A DNA stretch of 64,000 bases from Burkholderiales bacterium. GTDB lineage: Bacteria; Pseudomonadota; Gammaproteobacteria; Burkholderiales; JACQAP01. Below the pieces are notes generated by a model. That model was not told the origin of the DNA and made no database searches. It saw only the letters and a program-made list of their open reading frames with translations. The stretch covers positions 14,232-78,231 of the forward strand of contig DASZTG010000022.1 in assembly GCA_035548375.1 (NCBI GenBank). The letters run 5' to 3'. Position 1 is the first letter of the stretch; each line of letters begins with the position of its first letter. Shown one piece after another: positions 21,268 to 32,346 of the stretch. A program made the translations under genes and the position numbers.

Positions 21268-22338
21268 TCACGCATGCAGCGCGGCAACCACCGCGTCACC
21301 CATCTCTTCCGTGCCGACCTTTTTCGTGCCGGCCTCGAAGATATCGCCCGTGCGCAAACCCTGTTTGAGCACGCGCTTGACGGCGGCGTCGATGCGCGCG
21401 GCAGCCGTCTCTTCGCCGAAGGTGTAGCGCATCATCATCGACAGCGACAGGATCGTCGCAAGCGGATTGGCCACGCCCTTGCCGGCAATGTCCGGCGCGG
21501 ATCCGTGGATCGGCTCGTAGAGCCCCTTGTTCTTCGCGTCGAGCGACGCCGACGGCAGCATGCCGATCGAGCCCGTCAGCATCGAGGCCTCGTCGGACAG
21601 GATGTCGCCGAACATGTTGCCGGTGAGGATCACGTCGAACTGCTTCGGTGCGCGCACGAGCTGCATCGCGGCGTTGTCGACGTACATGTGCGACACCTCG
21701 ACGTCGGCGTATTCTTTCGCGACCTCGTTGACGACCTCGCGCCACAGGATGCTGGTGTCGAGCACGTTGGCCTTGTCGACCGAGCACAGCTTGCGCCCGC
21801 GCTTGCGCGCGATGCCGAAGCCAACATGCGCGATGCGGCGGATTTCGGATTCGCTGTACTTCATGGTGTCGAAGCCTTCGCGTTCCCCAGCATCCGTGTT
21901 GCGCTGCCCGCGCGGCTGACCGAAGTAGATGTCGCCGGTGAGTTCCCGCAGGATCATGATGTCGAGGCCCGCCACGTATTCGTTCTTCAAGGTCGAGGCG
22001 TTCGCAAGCTCCTCGTAGACCAGCGCCGGTCGCAGGTTCGCGAACAAGCCGAGCTCCTTGCGGATGCGCAAAAGGCCTTGTTCGGGACGCATCGCGCGCG
22101 GCAAGGTATCGTACGTCGGGCCGCCGACGGCCCCGAGCAGCACCGCGTCGGCCTGCTTCGCCAGCGCGAGCGTCGCAGCCGGCAGCGGATCCTGCGCGGC
22201 GTCGTAGCCGGCCCCGCCGATCGGCGCCTGCTCGGTCTCGATCTTCAGGCCGTCTCGCGACAGCGCCTTCAATACCTTGACGGCCTGTTGCACGACTTCC
22301 GGCCCGATGCCGTCTCCCGGCAATACCGCAATCTTCAT
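21268..22338 (-). CDS. leuB: 3-isopropylmalate dehydrogenase
   Basis: Start set at [15 protein letters not shown] (family N-terminus). Conserved [26 protein letters not shown] motif. Confidence 0.96.
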   Translation of the reverse strand: MKIAVLPGDGIGPEVVQQAVKVLKALSRDGLKIETEQAPIGGAGYDAAQDPLPAATLALAKQADAVLLGAVGGPTYDTLPRAMRPEQGLLRIRKELGLFANLRPALVYEELANASTLKNEYVAGLDIMILRELTGDIYFGQPRGQRNTDAGEREGFDTMKYSESEIRRIAHVGFGIARKRGRKLCSVDKANVLDTSILWREVVNEVAKEYADVEVSHMYVDNAAMQLVRAPKQFDVILTGNMFGDILSDEASMLTGSIGMLPSASLDAKNKGLYEPIHGSAPDIAGKGVANPLATILSLSMMMRYTFGEETAAARIDAAVKRVLKQGLRTGDIFEAGTKKVGTEEMGDAVVAALHA

Positions 22339-22349
22339 TTTCGATCCCT

Positions 22350-22383
22350 CAAAAAAACAACCGGGGCATCTGCTTTGCCCCGG
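22350..22383 (-). terminator. Hairpin plus U-run between leuD and leuB
   Basis: Minus strand ccggggcaaagcagatgccccgg followed by ttgttttttt. 8-bp GC stem in the 69-nt leuD-leuB spacer. Could act as a partial terminator or mRNA stabiliser. Confidence 0.55.
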
Positions 22384-22407
22384 CTGGTGTTGGTTCATTT
22401 GCTTGCG

Positions 22408-23049
22408 TCAACTGAACAGCCAGGGTTGCTCGAGGCGGCGTTTGGCTTCGAACGTTTTTATTTCGTCGACGTGGCGCAGCGTCAGGCCGATGTCGTCGAG
22501 GCCGTTCAGCAGGCAATCCTTGCGAAAGGCATCAATCTCGAACTTGAAAGCCTGGCTGCCGTCCGGATATGACACGCTTTGCGCGCCGAGATCGATGACG
22601 AGCCGGAAACCCGGGAATGCGGCGACGTCATGGAAAATCCGGTCGACCTGGATCTCCGGCAGCACGATCGGCAGCAGGCCGTTCTTGAAGCAGTTGTTGT
22701 AGAAAATGTCGGCGTAGCTCGGCGCGATCAGCGCGCGAAAGCCGAAATCGTCCAAAGCCCATGGCGCATGCTCGCGCGAGGATCCGCAGCCGAAATTCCT
22801 GCGCGCGACCAGCACAGTCGCACCCTTGAAGCGCGGCTGGTTCAGCACGAAGTCGGGATTGGGCTTGCGCAAGGCCGGGTCCATGCCCGGCTCGCCATGG
22901 TCGAGATAGCGCCAGGCATCGAACAGGTTCACGCCGAAGCCGGAGCGCTTGATCGATTTCAGGAACTGCTTCGGGATGATGGCATCGGTATCGACGTTGG
23001 CGCGATCCATCGGTGCAACCAGTCCCTCTATGCGAGTGAATTTCTGCAT
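22408..23049 (-). CDS. leuD: 3-isopropylmalate dehydratase small subunit
   Basis: Start set at [31 protein letters not shown] (LeuD N-terminus). The upstream part of the track ORF overlaps leuC. Confidence 0.96.
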   Translation of the reverse strand: MQKFTRIEGLVAPMDRANVDTDAIIPKQFLKSIKRSGFGVNLFDAWRYLDHGEPGMDPALRKPNPDFVLNQPRFKGATVLVARRNFGCGSSREHAPWALDDFGFRALIAPSYADIFYNNCFKNGLLPIVLPEIQVDRIFHDVAAFPGFRLVIDLGAQSVSYPDGSQAFKFEIDAFRKDCLLNGLDDIGLTLRHVDEIKTFEAKRRLEQPWLFS

Positions 23050-23051
23050 GG

Positions 23052-24461
23052 CTACACGTCCGCGCGCACGTCGACGAAGCGACCGGCGATGGCCGCGCCT
23101 GCCGCCATGGCTGGGCTCACGAGGTGGGTGCGGCCGCGATCGCCCTGCCGGCCTTCGAAATTGCGGTTCGAGGTCGATGCACAGCGCTCGCCCGGCTCCA
23201 GCCGGTCGTCGTTCATGGCGAGGCACATCGAGCAGCCTGGCTGGCGCCATTCGAAGCCAGCCGCCGTGAAAATCTTGTCGAGGCCTTCCTTTTCCGCCTG
23301 CTCCTTGACCAGCCCCGACCCCGGCACCACCATAGCCAGGCGCACGTTCGACGCCACGCGGCGCCCGCGCACGACATGGGCCGCCGCGCGCAGATCCTCG
23401 ATGCGCGAGTTGGTACAGGAACCGATGAACACCTTGTCGATGCGGATGTCGGTGATCTGCGTGTTCGGCTGAAGGCCCATGTAGGTCAGCGCGCGCGCCA
23501 TGCCTTCGCGCTTGTTGTCGTCCTTTTCCTTCTCCGGATCCGGCACGCGGCCGTCCACCGGCACAACCATTTCCGGCGACGTGCCCCAGGTCACCTGCGG
23601 CTTGATCTCGCGGGCATCCAGGCGCACGACGAAATCGAAGCGCGCGTTCTCGTCGCTCTTCAGCGTGCGCCAGTAGTCAGCAGCCCTGTTCCACATTTCG
23701 CCCTTGGGCGAAAACGTCCGGCCACGCAAATATTCTATGGTGGTCTCGTCCACGGCCACCATGCCCGCCCTCGCGCCTGCTTCGATGGCCATGTTGCACA
23801 GGGTCATCCTGCCTTCCATGGAAAGCGAGCGGATGGCGCTGCCGCCGAACTCGACCGCGTAACCCGTCCCGCCGGCCGTGCCGATGCGGCCGATGATCGC
23901 CAGCGCAACGTCCTTGGCCGTGACGCCGCGACCGAGCGCGCCATTGACCTCGATCAGCATGCTTTTCATTTTCTTCTGCACCAGGCACTGGGTCGCGAGC
24001 ACATGCTCGACTTCCGAGGTGCCGATGCCGTGCGCCAGGCAACCGAAAGCGCCGTGCGTGCTCGTATGCGAATCGCCGCAGACGACCGTCATGCCGGGCA
24101 AGGTCGCGCCTTGTTCCGGCCCGATCACGTGCACGATGCCCTGGCGCTTGTCGAGGAAGGGGAAATACACCTTCGCGCCGAACTCCTTGATGTTCGCGTC
24201 CAGGGTCTCGACCTGCAGGCGCGAGATCGGATCCTTGATGCCCTGCTCCCAATGCTGGGTCGGCGTGTTGTGGTCCGCGGTGGCCACGACGGAATCGATG
24301 CGCCACGGCTTGCGTCCGGCGAGCTTCAGCCCTTCGAACGCCTGCGGGCTGGTGACTTCATGCACCAGGTGGCGATCGATGTAAATCAGGGCCGTGCCAT
24401 CGGGTTCCTGGCGGACCAGATGGCTGGACCAAAGCTTGTCGTAAAGCGTCTGCGGGCTCAT
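23052..24461 (-). CDS. leuC: 3-isopropylmalate dehydratase large subunit
   Basis: Start set at [16 protein letters not shown] (LeuC N-terminus). Aconitase-family Fe-S cysteines ([15 protein letters not shown]). Confidence 0.96.
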   Translation of the reverse strand: MSPQTLYDKLWSSHLVRQEPDGTALIYIDRHLVHEVTSPQAFEGLKLAGRKPWRIDSVVATADHNTPTQHWEQGIKDPISRLQVETLDANIKEFGAKVYFPFLDKRQGIVHVIGPEQGATLPGMTVVCGDSHTSTHGAFGCLAHGIGTSEVEHVLATQCLVQKKMKSMLIEVNGALGRGVTAKDVALAIIGRIGTAGGTGYAVEFGGSAIRSLSMEGRMTLCNMAIEAGARAGMVAVDETTIEYLRGRTFSPKGEMWNRAADYWRTLKSDENARFDFVVRLDAREIKPQVTWGTSPEMVVPVDGRVPDPEKEKDDNKREGMARALTYMGLQPNTQITDIRIDKVFIGSCTNSRIEDLRAAAHVVRGRRVASNVRLAMVVPGSGLVKEQAEKEGLDKIFTAAGFEWRQPGCSMCLAMNDDRLEPGERCASTSNRNFEGRQGDRGRTHLVSPAMAAGAAIAGRFVDVRADV

Positions 24462-24544
24462 GGCACTGGACGAATCGGCGCGCTGCTCGAAAATGGGACG
24501 GAAATTATGCCACACGCCCCATGGCGGACGGCAGTGCCCGCGCG

Positions 24545-25705
24545 TCAGGAATCGCCGGAAGCCAGCGTCCGCAGGGGTTTTGCCGCAACTATGACCAGCG
24601 CGAAGAAGGCAGCGACAGCGGCAAACGTGAATGTCCACTGCGAACCGAGGGCTTCCCAGGAATAGCCCGCCAACAGCGTGCCCAGCGTTCCGCCCATCCC
24701 GTATCCGAGGCTGGTATAGATGGCCTGCCCGCGGGCCTGGTTACGGCCCTTGAATATCCGGTGCATCATCGCCACGCCCGCCGAATGAAACGCGCCGAAG
24801 GTGATGGCGTGCAGCAACTGCGCGACGAGCAGGATGACCAGCGATCCCACGCCCCAGCCGATCATCAGCAGGCGCACAAAGGCGCAGCCGAAGCTGAACA
24901 TCAGGATCTGGTTCAGGCTGTAGGCTCGCATGAGCCGCGGCAGGACGATGAACAAACCGATCTCGGCCACCACGCCCAGCGACCAGAGCCAGCCCACCGC
25001 CTTTTTCGAATAGCCGGCTTCCACGAGATGGATGGAATAGAAGGCGTTGTACGGTCCGTGCGCGACCTGCATCAGGAAAAACCCGGCCATGAGGGCAATC
25101 ACTTCCGGCCGCGTCACGATGCTGAGGATCGAGGCGTGCTCTGCGTGTCCGGAGGGCTGACGGTCCCGCGGCAGGTAAAACGTGCTGCACGCCATGAACA
25201 GCAGCAGGGTGAGCACCATTGGCGCAAGCGCGCGCACGCCGAGAATATCCAGCGAATAACCGCCGGCGATCACCACCACCACGAACCCGACCGATCCCCA
25301 CAACCGCACGCGCCCGTACACACCGACGCGCGAACCCACGAGGTTCAGTGTCGCGGATTCGGCCAGCGGCAAGACGCCGCTCCAGAACACGTTTAGCAGC
25401 AGCAGCGCCGCGAACATCCACGCGAATCCGTGGTTGAAGAACACGGCCACGAACACGATCGCGGTGCCCACGGCGGTCACCCGGATGAGTTTTGCGCGCG
25501 CGTGGTAGTGGTCGGACAGCCAACCCCAAAGCGTCGGGCCGAATATCCGCGCGACGGGATTGACGGCGAGCAGCATGCCGATTTCCGCCGCTGTATAGCC
25601 GAGCGCTTTCAGGTAGAGCGCGAAATACGGCGCGAACGCGCCGATGAAGGCGAAATAGCAGAAATAGAACCCGGACAGCCGCTGGTAAAGCGAGCCTCGC
25701 ATCAT
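24545..25705 (-). CDS. MFS transporter (HcaT/PPP-like subfamily)
   Basis: 386-aa ORF with about 12 hydrophobic segments. N-terminus (F..YF...G...PYF.LYL...G) resembles the MFS_1_like / 3-phenylpropionate permease family. Confidence 0.82.
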   Translation of the reverse strand: MMRGSLYQRLSGFYFCYFAFIGAFAPYFALYLKALGYTAAEIGMLLAVNPVARIFGPTLWGWLSDHYHARAKLIRVTAVGTAIVFVAVFFNHGFAWMFAALLLLNVFWSGVLPLAESATLNLVGSRVGVYGRVRLWGSVGFVVVVIAGGYSLDILGVRALAPMVLTLLLFMACSTFYLPRDRQPSGHAEHASILSIVTRPEVIALMAGFFLMQVAHGPYNAFYSIHLVEAGYSKKAVGWLWSLGVVAEIGLFIVLPRLMRAYSLNQILMFSFGCAFVRLLMIGWGVGSLVILLVAQLLHAITFGAFHSAGVAMMHRIFKGRNQARGQAIYTSLGYGMGGTLGTLLAGYSWEALGSQWTFTFAAVAAFFALVIVAAKPLRTLASGDS

Positions 25706-25717
25706 CGTGCAGCCGCC

Positions 25718-26263
25718 CTATTCCAGTTCGCGGTCGCGCATCCAGCGCCGTACCAGCCAGGCCCAGGTCGCGATGATTCCGGCCCAGGCGACGAGCGAGA
25801 CAAAGCTTGCGATCGACGTGTCTCGCTGCAGTACGTTCCAGCGCGAGAAGATTTCGGTCCAGTCATGCTCGCCGCCGCCGACCAGCGGGAGCACCTGCTC
25901 GCGGGCGTCCGCCATGTATCGCGAAATATTCCAGAAATTCTCGAACAGCCATGCCAGGCACAAGGCGAAGGATAGGGTTTCGCGGCGCCACCAGAACGAA
26001 GCCGTTGCCACGATGGGAAAGACGAGTTGCCCCATCGTGCCGCCATAGACCATCACCCGATTGCCCAGCAGCAGGCCGAACAGGGGATGGCCGGCTTCGT
26101 GGAAAGCCAGGTTCGCGCTGTCGAGCACGTAGACCCAATGCTCGCCGCTGTTGGCGAAATAACAGACTACCGCGACGAGCACCGATGAGGCAGCCAGCGC
26201 GGGCGCCGATACCGGCCGCCATTCCTGTTCGCTGACCTCGAGAAGACGCTCCTTCCAGGACAC
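25718..26263 (-). CDS. Small polytopic membrane protein with HExxH motif (putative membrane metalloprotease)
   Basis: 181 codons from the GTG at 26263, just after the aroC stop. About 5 hydrophobic segments. HEAGH motif ([11 protein letters not shown]) at the edge of a TM segment. GC3-rich codon usage. The start codon is uncertain (a CTG lies 4 codons upstream). Confidence 0.55.
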   Translation of the reverse strand: MSWKERLLEVSEQEWRPVSAPALAASSVLVAVVCYFANSGEHWVYVLDSANLAFHEAGHPLFGLLLGNRVMVYGGTMGQLVFPIVATASFWWRRETLSFALCLAWLFENFWNISRYMADAREQVLPLVGGGEHDWTEIFSRWNVLQRDTSIASFVSLVAWAGIIATWAWLVRRWMRDRELE

Positions 26264-26271
26264 GGGAGCGT

Positions 26272-27429
26272 TCAGGCCTCGTCTGGTTCGGGATCGTCTG
26301 CCGAGGTCGCGCCGTTTCCGCGCACGTCGGCCGGCGCCTGCGCGGCGATCCGGGGCGTGGAAGTGCGCACATCGGCGTTCTGCGCGCGATGGCGCAGCGC
26401 GTGGTCCATCAGCACCAGCGCCAGCATGGCTTCCGCGATCGGCGTCGCGCGAATGCCCACGCAGGGATCGTGGCGCCCGGTGGTTTCGACGACGGTGGGC
26501 TTGCCGTCCTTGTCGATCGAGCGGCGCGGCAAGCGGATGCTCGAAGTCGGCTTGACGGCGATGTTGACGACGATGTCCTGCCCCGTCGAAATGCCGCCGA
26601 GGATGCCGCCGGCGTTGTTGGACAAAAATCCCTGCGGCGTCATTTCGTCGCCGTGCTCCGTGCCTTTCTGGCCGACGGACGCGAAGCCGGCGCCGATCTC
26701 GACGCCCTTGACCGCGTTGATGCCCATCATGGCATAGGCGATATCGGCATCGAGCTTGTCGTAGACCGGTTCGCCCCATCCCACCGGTACGCCTGTGGCA
26801 ACCGCGGTAATGCGCGCACCGCAGGAATCGCCGGACTTGCGCAACTTGTCCATGAACTCTTCGAGCTGCGGCACGATGGCGGGATCGGGCGAGAAAAACG
26901 GATTCTGGTCCACCGAGTCCCAGGCCTTGAAGGTGATCGGCATCGGGCCGAGTTGCGACATGTAGCCGCGAATCTCGACGCCATGGCGTTCGCGCAGCCA
27001 TTTGCGCGCGATCGCTGCCGCGGCCACGCGCACCGCCGTTTCCCTCGCGGACTGGCGCCCTCCTCCCCGGTAATCGCGCACGCCGTATTTCTGCCAGTAC
27101 GTGTAGTCGGCGTGGCCGGGCCGGAAAGTTTCGGCGATCTTGCCGTAGTCTTTGCTGCGCTGGTCCTCGTTGCGAATCAGCAGCGCGATCGGCGTGCCCG
27201 TCGTGACGCCTTCGAACACGCCCGAGAGAATTTCCACGGTATCGGATTCGCGCCGCTGCGTTACGTGACGGGAGGTGCCCGGCTTGCGGCGGTCCAGATC
27301 CTTCTGGATGTCGGCTTGCGAAAGCGCCATCCCGGGCGGGCAGCCGTCGACGACGCAGCCGATGGCGGGTCCATGGCTCTCGCCGAAGGACGTGACGCAG
27401 AACAGCTTGCCGAGGGTGTTGCCGGACAT
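26272..27429 (-). CDS. aroC: Chorismate synthase
   Basis: Start set at [31 protein letters not shown] (AroC N-terminus). Conserved [10 protein letters not shown] and GRHDPCVG motifs. Roughly 25-aa Ala/Asp-rich C-terminal tail. The track ORF extends a further 233 codons upstream, antisense to thyA. Confidence 0.96.
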   Translation of the reverse strand: MSGNTLGKLFCVTSFGESHGPAIGCVVDGCPPGMALSQADIQKDLDRRKPGTSRHVTQRRESDTVEILSGVFEGVTTGTPIALLIRNEDQRSKDYGKIAETFRPGHADYTYWQKYGVRDYRGGGRQSARETAVRVAAAAIARKWLRERHGVEIRGYMSQLGPMPITFKAWDSVDQNPFFSPDPAIVPQLEEFMDKLRKSGDSCGARITAVATGVPVGWGEPVYDKLDADIAYAMMGINAVKGVEIGAGFASVGQKGTEHGDEMTPQGFLSNNAGGILGGISTGQDIVVNIAVKPTSSIRLPRRSIDKDGKPTVVETTGRHDPCVGIRATPIAEAMLALVLMDHALRHRAQNADVRTSTPRIAAQAPADVRGNGATSADDPEPDEA

Positions 27430-27492
27430 GATCGTCGAGCCGGGAAAGTAGGCGAGTTTATCATCCGGCGCCGCTGCATTAAACTTGGCGCC

Positions 27493-28287
27493 ATGCAACA
27501 GTACCTCGACCTCATGCGGCACATCCTCGAGAAGGGGGCCCGCAAGGGTGACCGCACCGGCACCGGCACCCTGAGCGTCTTCGGGCCGCAATTGCGCTTC
27601 GACCTGCAGGCCGGCTTCCCGCTGCTCACCACCAAGAAGGTCCACCTCAAGTCCATCATCCACGAGCTGCTGTGGTTCCTGAAGGGCGAGACCAACGTCC
27701 GCTACCTCAAGGAAAACGGCGTCTCGATCTGGGACGAGTGGGCGGACGAAAACGGCGAGCTCGGTCCCGTCTACGGCTACCAGTGGCGCTCCTGGCCCGC
27801 GCCGGACGGCCGGCACATCGACCAGGTCACGCGCGTCATCGACGACATCCGCAAGACGCCGAACTCGCGGCGACTCATCGTCTCCGCCTGGAATGTGGCC
27901 GACCTCGACAAGATGGCGCTGATGCCCTGCCACGCGTTCTTCCAGTTCTACGTGGCCGATGGAAAGCTTTCCTGCCAGCTCTACCAGCGCAGCGCCGACC
28001 TGTTCCTCGGCGTGCCGTTCAACATCGCTTCGTATGCGCTGCTCACCATGATGGTGGCCCAGGTCTGCGGCCTGAAGCCTGGCGAATTCATCCACGCGCT
28101 GGGCGACACGCATCTCTACCTCAACCACCTCGACCAGGCGCGCGAGCAGCTTGCGCGGCAGCCGCGCGCGCTACCGGTGATGGAAATCAATCCCGCCGTG
28201 AAGGACATCTTCGGATTCAGGTACGAGGACTTCACGCTCGAGGCCTACGACCCGCATCCCGCGATCAAGGCGCCCGTAGCGGTATGA
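27493..28287 (+). CDS. thyA: Thymidylate synthase
   Basis: 264 aa from [22 protein letters not shown]. Catalytic motif ([13 protein letters not shown]). The track ORF is extended far upstream, antisense to aroC. Confidence 0.97.
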   Translation: MQQYLDLMRHILEKGARKGDRTGTGTLSVFGPQLRFDLQAGFPLLTTKKVHLKSIIHELLWFLKGETNVRYLKENGVSIWDEWADENGELGPVYGYQWRSWPAPDGRHIDQVTRVIDDIRKTPNSRRLIVSAWNVADLDKMALMPCHAFFQFYVADGKLSCQLYQRSADLFLGVPFNIASYALLTMMVAQVCGLKPGEFIHALGDTHLYLNHLDQAREQLARQPRALPVMEINPAVKDIFGFRYEDFTLEAYDPHPAIKAPVAV

Positions 28288-28778
28288 CGCCGCGGGTGTC
28301 GATCATCGTCGCGATGGCGAGCAACCGCGTCATCGGCGCGAACAACGCCCTGCCCTGGCACCTGCCGGCCGACTTGAATCGCTTCAAGTCGCTGACGATG
28401 GGTCACCACATCATCATGGGCCGCAAGACCTTCGAATCCATCGGCCGCGTGCTGCCGGGGAGGGCGAGCGTGGTCGTCACCCGGAATCCTGCATGGAAAG
28501 TCGATGGCGCCATCACTGCAAGCAGCTTGCGCGATGCCATCGCAAAGGCGAAGGGGGACGATGAAATCTTCGTGATCGGCGGCGAGCAGATTTTCCGCGA
28601 GGCGCTGCCGCTTGCGGACCGGATCTATCTCACGCAAATCGAGCGGGACTTTGCCGGCGACGTTCATTTTCCGCCGCTCGCGCAGGAGACCTGGTCGCAG
28701 AAATCGAGCGAAAGCGGAAGCGATGAAGCAAGCGGCCTGCGCTACAGCTACAAAACGCTGGAGCGCGTCCGCCAGTAA
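28284..28778 (+). CDS. folA: Dihydrofolate reductase
   Basis: 164 aa from [52 protein letters not shown] overlap with the thyA stop. Confidence 0.93.
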   Translation: MTPRVSIIVAMASNRVIGANNALPWHLPADLNRFKSLTMGHHIIMGRKTFESIGRVLPGRASVVVTRNPAWKVDGAITASSLRDAIAKAKGDDEIFVIGGEQIFREALPLADRIYLTQIERDFAGDVHFPPLAQETWSQKSSESGSDEASGLRYSYKTLERVRQ

Positions 28779-28788
28779 ACAGGAATCT

Positions 28789-30990
28789 TCAGTGCCACCG
28801 GTTTCTCCACGCGGCGATCCGATGGGTAGCCACGTCGAACGATTCCGGCGCCAGCCCCGATAGATGGCGTCGCCAGATTTCCTCATAAGCCGCTTCGATT
28901 TCCCGTACGCGTCCTTCCGTGTCGAAGAGCGCGGACGCGAGCGGATCCGTGAGTTTTGCGCGGCGAATACGCTGGAGCGCTTCCGGATTGCGCCCCCATT
29001 CGATCGCCCGCCTGGCATAGGCATCGAGCGAATCCACGATGCCTTCCGGAAAATCGGCGGCCGCGAGTAGGCTGGCCGCCACACGCGATGCGAAACTGCT
29101 TCCCGGCACGGTCAGCAGCGGCAACCCCGCGGATAGTGCATCACAAGCCGTGGTCATCGCGTTGAAGATCGGGGTATCCAGGAACAAATCGGCCAGGCGG
29201 AAGCGTGCGCGATAGCGCTCGCGAGGCTCGAGGGGTGCGAAAATCAGGCGCTCTTCGGCAATGCCACGCTGCGACGCCTCCCTGCGCAAATTGTCCACCG
29301 CCTGCGCATTGCGACCTGCGAGCCAGAGCACGCTGGAGGGTACGGCTCTCAGGATATCCATCCATGCCCCGAAAATTCGCGGTTCGATCTTGTAGTAGTT
29401 GTTGAATGAACAGTAGACGAACGCATTTTCGGGAAGCGCGTAGTCCTCGCGCGAAACCCGGACCGCCGCGAGCGGCTCGAATTTGTCGTAGATGAAAAAC
29501 GTCCGCGGCAGGTAGACGAGTGCCTCCGACCAGGCGGCGCGCTGCTCCGGCGGGCTCGCGGTTCGATCCACGATGCGCCAGGGAACGGCGTCCATTCCCT
29601 GCGATCCCGGGAACGCCAGATAGCCGACCTGGACCGGTGCCGGCCGGCGCGCCGACACGCCAGGGCGCGCGTAAGTCGTATAACCCCCGGCATCGACGAG
29701 GATGTCGATGTCGTCGTTGCGCAGCAGCGAGGCGATGCCGTCGTCGTCCAGCGAGAAGGCCTCCACAAACCTGTCGGCGGCGGCTTCGACGCGCTTGCGG
29801 ATCGCGCTGGCGTCCGCCGGTCCGGTGGAATAGCAGAACACCTCGAATCTCGAGCGGTCGTGCAGCGCGATCAGCGGTCGCAGCAGGTAGGCATTCAGGT
29901 GCTCGCGAAAATCCGGCGACAGGTAGCCGATCCGCAATTTCTTTCGGCTTGTCGATCGCGACGACCTCGCTTCTTGCGCAGCGGCCGCCGTGATTTCCAG
30001 GCGTTGTGCGATCCCGCGCGCGATGGCAAGGCGCAGCCCGTCTTGCAGCGGCAGGGTGAGGGCGTTGTAGGCGACGGCGGGATCCGCGATTCCCTTGTTC
30101 GACGACAACCGTTGCAGCACGATCTCACTGAATCTCGCGATCAAAGCGTCCCGCTGCGACCAGTCGCAATCGTGCAAGCGTTCGTAAGAGGATGACAGGA
30201 AAATCAGTTCCGGATCGAAACGCTCCGGATCATCCGACTTGCGCGGATCGAACGCGTTGGAAAAATCCAGTATCGCCTGCGGATTGCGCGCGCGCACCTC
30301 GTCGAATTCCGCGCGCGCCTCGTCCAGGCGCTCCAGGCTGGCCAGCGCGAGCCCGCGGGCGATTTTCGCGCTGGCATGCATTGGAGCAAGGAGCAAGGTT
30401 GCGTCGCATTCCGCCAGTGATTCGGCCGGGCGCCGCATGGCCAGCAACACCTCCGCAACGTTGAAGCGCGCGTCCGCGTTCTGCGGCTGTTGCGCGGCGA
30501 AAATGCGATTGTTTTCCAGGGCATCTTGCAGGCGCCCGAGCCGGGTCAGGACGTAACCGCGGTTCATGCGCGCCGATGCCGGCGCGTTCCCAAGCGCCAG
30601 CGCCTCGTCGTAGGCATCGAGCGCGCCTGGGTAGTCGCTTGCTTGCTCGCGTATCGCGCCGAGATTGGACCAAAGTTGCGCATTGGCCGGGAGTCGATCC
30701 AGGGCGGCGACCAGCAGCGATTGGCCCTCTGGAACTCGATTGTTGCGGGCGAGAACCGCTACCGTTGCACTGACGGCTTGCACGTTGCAGGGATCGAGCT
30801 CCAACGCACGCTGGAGGACCACGAGCGACGCCTCGTCACGGCCAAGGCGCTCCAGCAGCGCGCCGAGCAGGAAGTGCACACGAGCGTTGTCCGGGTTTTC
30901 CTCGCAAAGTTTCCGGAGCATCGATTCACCCTCCGGACTGCCGCGGACGACCACTTGTGCCGCATCCGCGAGCAGCTTCTCGGAGATCAC
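28789..30990 (-). CDS. TPR-repeat glycosyltransferase, GT41 (SPINDLY/O-GlcNAc-transferase-like) family
   Basis: 733-aa ORF (GTG start overlapping the upstream stop as GTGA). The N-terminal ~250 aa are TPR repeats. The C-terminal half resembles GT41 catalytic lobes (…CSFNNYYKI.P..F..WM.IL..VP.SVLWL…, …LADLFLDT..FNAMTTA.DAL.AGLPLLT..G..FASRVAASLL). Confidence 0.82.
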   Translation of the reverse strand: MISEKLLADAAQVVVRGSPEGESMLRKLCEENPDNARVHFLLGALLERLGRDEASLVVLQRALELDPCNVQAVSATVAVLARNNRVPEGQSLLVAALDRLPANAQLWSNLGAIREQASDYPGALDAYDEALALGNAPASARMNRGYVLTRLGRLQDALENNRIFAAQQPQNADARFNVAEVLLAMRRPAESLAECDATLLLAPMHASAKIARGLALASLERLDEARAEFDEVRARNPQAILDFSNAFDPRKSDDPERFDPELIFLSSSYERLHDCDWSQRDALIARFSEIVLQRLSSNKGIADPAVAYNALTLPLQDGLRLAIARGIAQRLEITAAAAQEARSSRSTSRKKLRIGYLSPDFREHLNAYLLRPLIALHDRSRFEVFCYSTGPADASAIRKRVEAAADRFVEAFSLDDDGIASLLRNDDIDILVDAGGYTTYARPGVSARRPAPVQVGYLAFPGSQGMDAVPWRIVDRTASPPEQRAAWSEALVYLPRTFFIYDKFEPLAAVRVSREDYALPENAFVYCSFNNYYKIEPRIFGAWMDILRAVPSSVLWLAGRNAQAVDNLRREASQRGIAEERLIFAPLEPRERYRARFRLADLFLDTPIFNAMTTACDALSAGLPLLTVPGSSFASRVAASLLAAADFPEGIVDSLDAYARRAIEWGRNPEALQRIRRAKLTDPLASALFDTEGRVREIEAAYEEIWRRHLSGLAPESFDVATHRIAAWRNRWH

Positions 30991-32342
30991 GCGACCTCGG
31001 AGACGAAATCTTCGAACTTGTCCCCGGGTTCGGCCGGAAATTCATCGAGGAAGACGAAGCGAATCTCGAATCCGGGCCCGAAGTGACGGCCGAAGTGCCG
31101 CCGCAGCGCGGAGGTCTCGCCGTCGGAAAATGCCCGCGCCGCAACCATCCTCACCTCGATCTCCCGCAGCGATTTCTGGATGACTTTGAACCGGCGCACC
31201 GGCGCGGCGTTCATCATGACTTCGGTTCCCAGCGTGGGCCAGCGCATCGACCCGTCGGGAAGCCGCAACATGTTGCGGCGGCGCCCGAGTATGCGTCGCA
31301 GCACGGGCAGGCCACGTCCGCAGCGGCAAGCCGGCCCAACCTCGGCGTAGTCGCCGATGTCGTAGCGAATCAGCGGCATCGCGAAATTGTGCAGCGGGGT
31401 CACCAGCACGCGCCCGATTTCGCCGGCACCGCAGGGCGCGCCGTCTTCGCCGACGACTTCGAGCAGCACGCTCTCGGACTGCACGTGATATTCGCCGCTT
31501 TCCGGGCATTGCAATGCCACGTAGCCGGTTTCGCGCGCGGTGTAGACGTCCGACAGCGGGATTTGCCATTGCGTGCGAATGTAGTCGCGCATGTGCGCCG
31601 GGACGGCTTCGCCAAAGCTGCGCGCCTCCCGCAGCCAGGGCATGGTCACCCCTCGGCGCTGTGCCGCCTGCAATACGCCCAGCAGATTCGTCGCGTACCC
31701 GAGCAGGTAGGCGGGTCGCTCTTCCAGGATGCAATCCAGTTGCCGATCGAAGGTCCACTTCACCGGCAGCACTACGCACGGACCGGTTCGCAGCAATCCT
31801 TTGCCCGCATCGCCGAGCCAGTGTTCCTGTACCGCGCGGGAGTCGCCCCCTACGCGCATGGCGACCATCTTTTCGGAGAATTCCCGGCGATGCCACAGAT
31901 GCTCTCGCAGCATGAACGCGTGCCAATAGAACTGCGAGACCGGCGTCGCAAGGAAACGCACGGGCTCGCCGGTGGACCCCGAGGTCGCATTCTCCGAAGG
32001 GCTGCCGTGGCCCTCAGGCAGCCTCGTGGTAGTGAGCGTGGAGAAATGGTCCTGCAATTGCGCGCGCGAAAGCGTTGGCAACTCTGCGAAATCCGACAGA
32101 GAGAACGATGCGTCGTCGTCGGTAAATTTTCGGGGGAACCGTCCGCGGTAGAACGGCACATGCGCAGCCGCGTGCCGGAGAAGCCCCGCGAGTTGGCGGC
32201 GCTGGAGCGTCCACAATTCGGCAGGGGACAGCCACTGGCTGCGCTCCAGCTGGAACAGCACCGACAGCATCGCGCCGCCGGCCTGGTCCGGTACGGCGGG
32301 CCAGGTCAGCCCGTCGACGGAGGATCGCAGCGCTTCGAGCAC
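30987..32342 (-). CDS. Adenylate-forming enzyme, PaaK / coenzyme-F390-synthetase-like family
   Basis: 451-aa ORF (GTG start, 4 nt after the upstream stop). Phosphate-binding loop ATSGSTGEPVRF, Y.TRETG motif, C-terminal lobe ending with a conserved Lys region (EPGDKFEDFVSE). Size and motifs fit the PaaK/CapK/F390-synthetase clade rather than long acyl-CoA ligases. Confidence 0.78.
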   Translation of the reverse strand: MLEALRSSVDGLTWPAVPDQAGGAMLSVLFQLERSQWLSPAELWTLQRRQLAGLLRHAAAHVPFYRGRFPRKFTDDDASFSLSDFAELPTLSRAQLQDHFSTLTTTRLPEGHGSPSENATSGSTGEPVRFLATPVSQFYWHAFMLREHLWHRREFSEKMVAMRVGGDSRAVQEHWLGDAGKGLLRTGPCVVLPVKWTFDRQLDCILEERPAYLLGYATNLLGVLQAAQRRGVTMPWLREARSFGEAVPAHMRDYIRTQWQIPLSDVYTARETGYVALQCPESGEYHVQSESVLLEVVGEDGAPCGAGEIGRVLVTPLHNFAMPLIRYDIGDYAEVGPACRCGRGLPVLRRILGRRRNMLRLPDGSMRWPTLGTEVMMNAAPVRRFKVIQKSLREIEVRMVAARAFSDGETSALRRHFGRHFGPGFEIRFVFLDEFPAEPGDKFEDFVSEVA

Positions 32343-32346
32343 GCCG

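Noticed and set aside
20335-22572. 745-aa ORF on the plus strand
   Set aside because: It lies entirely antisense to asd and leuB, which have unambiguous family motifs. Its translation is Arg/Ala/His-rich with no recognisable domain, which is the typical GC-rich antisense artefact.
24462-24544. Possible leucine leader peptide or attenuator upstream of leuC
   Set aside because: I could find no short Leu-rich ORF and no terminator/antiterminator pair in the 83-nt spacer.
25718-27001. 427-aa minus-strand ORF as a single protein
   Set aside because: The N-terminal ~245 codons overlap aroC in another frame and are Arg-rich nonsense. Only the last 181 codons, after the aroC stop, look like a membrane protein.
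26272-28778. Very long track ORFs (26272-28128 minus, 26389-28287 plus, 27672-28778 plus) taken at face value as 618-, 632- and 368-aa proteins
   Set aside because: Only the C-terminal parts match AroC, ThyA and FolA. The family-typical N-termini ([10 protein letters not shown]…, [12 protein letters not shown]…, [12 protein letters not shown]…) define internal starts. The upstream extensions overlap the divergent neighbour in antisense.
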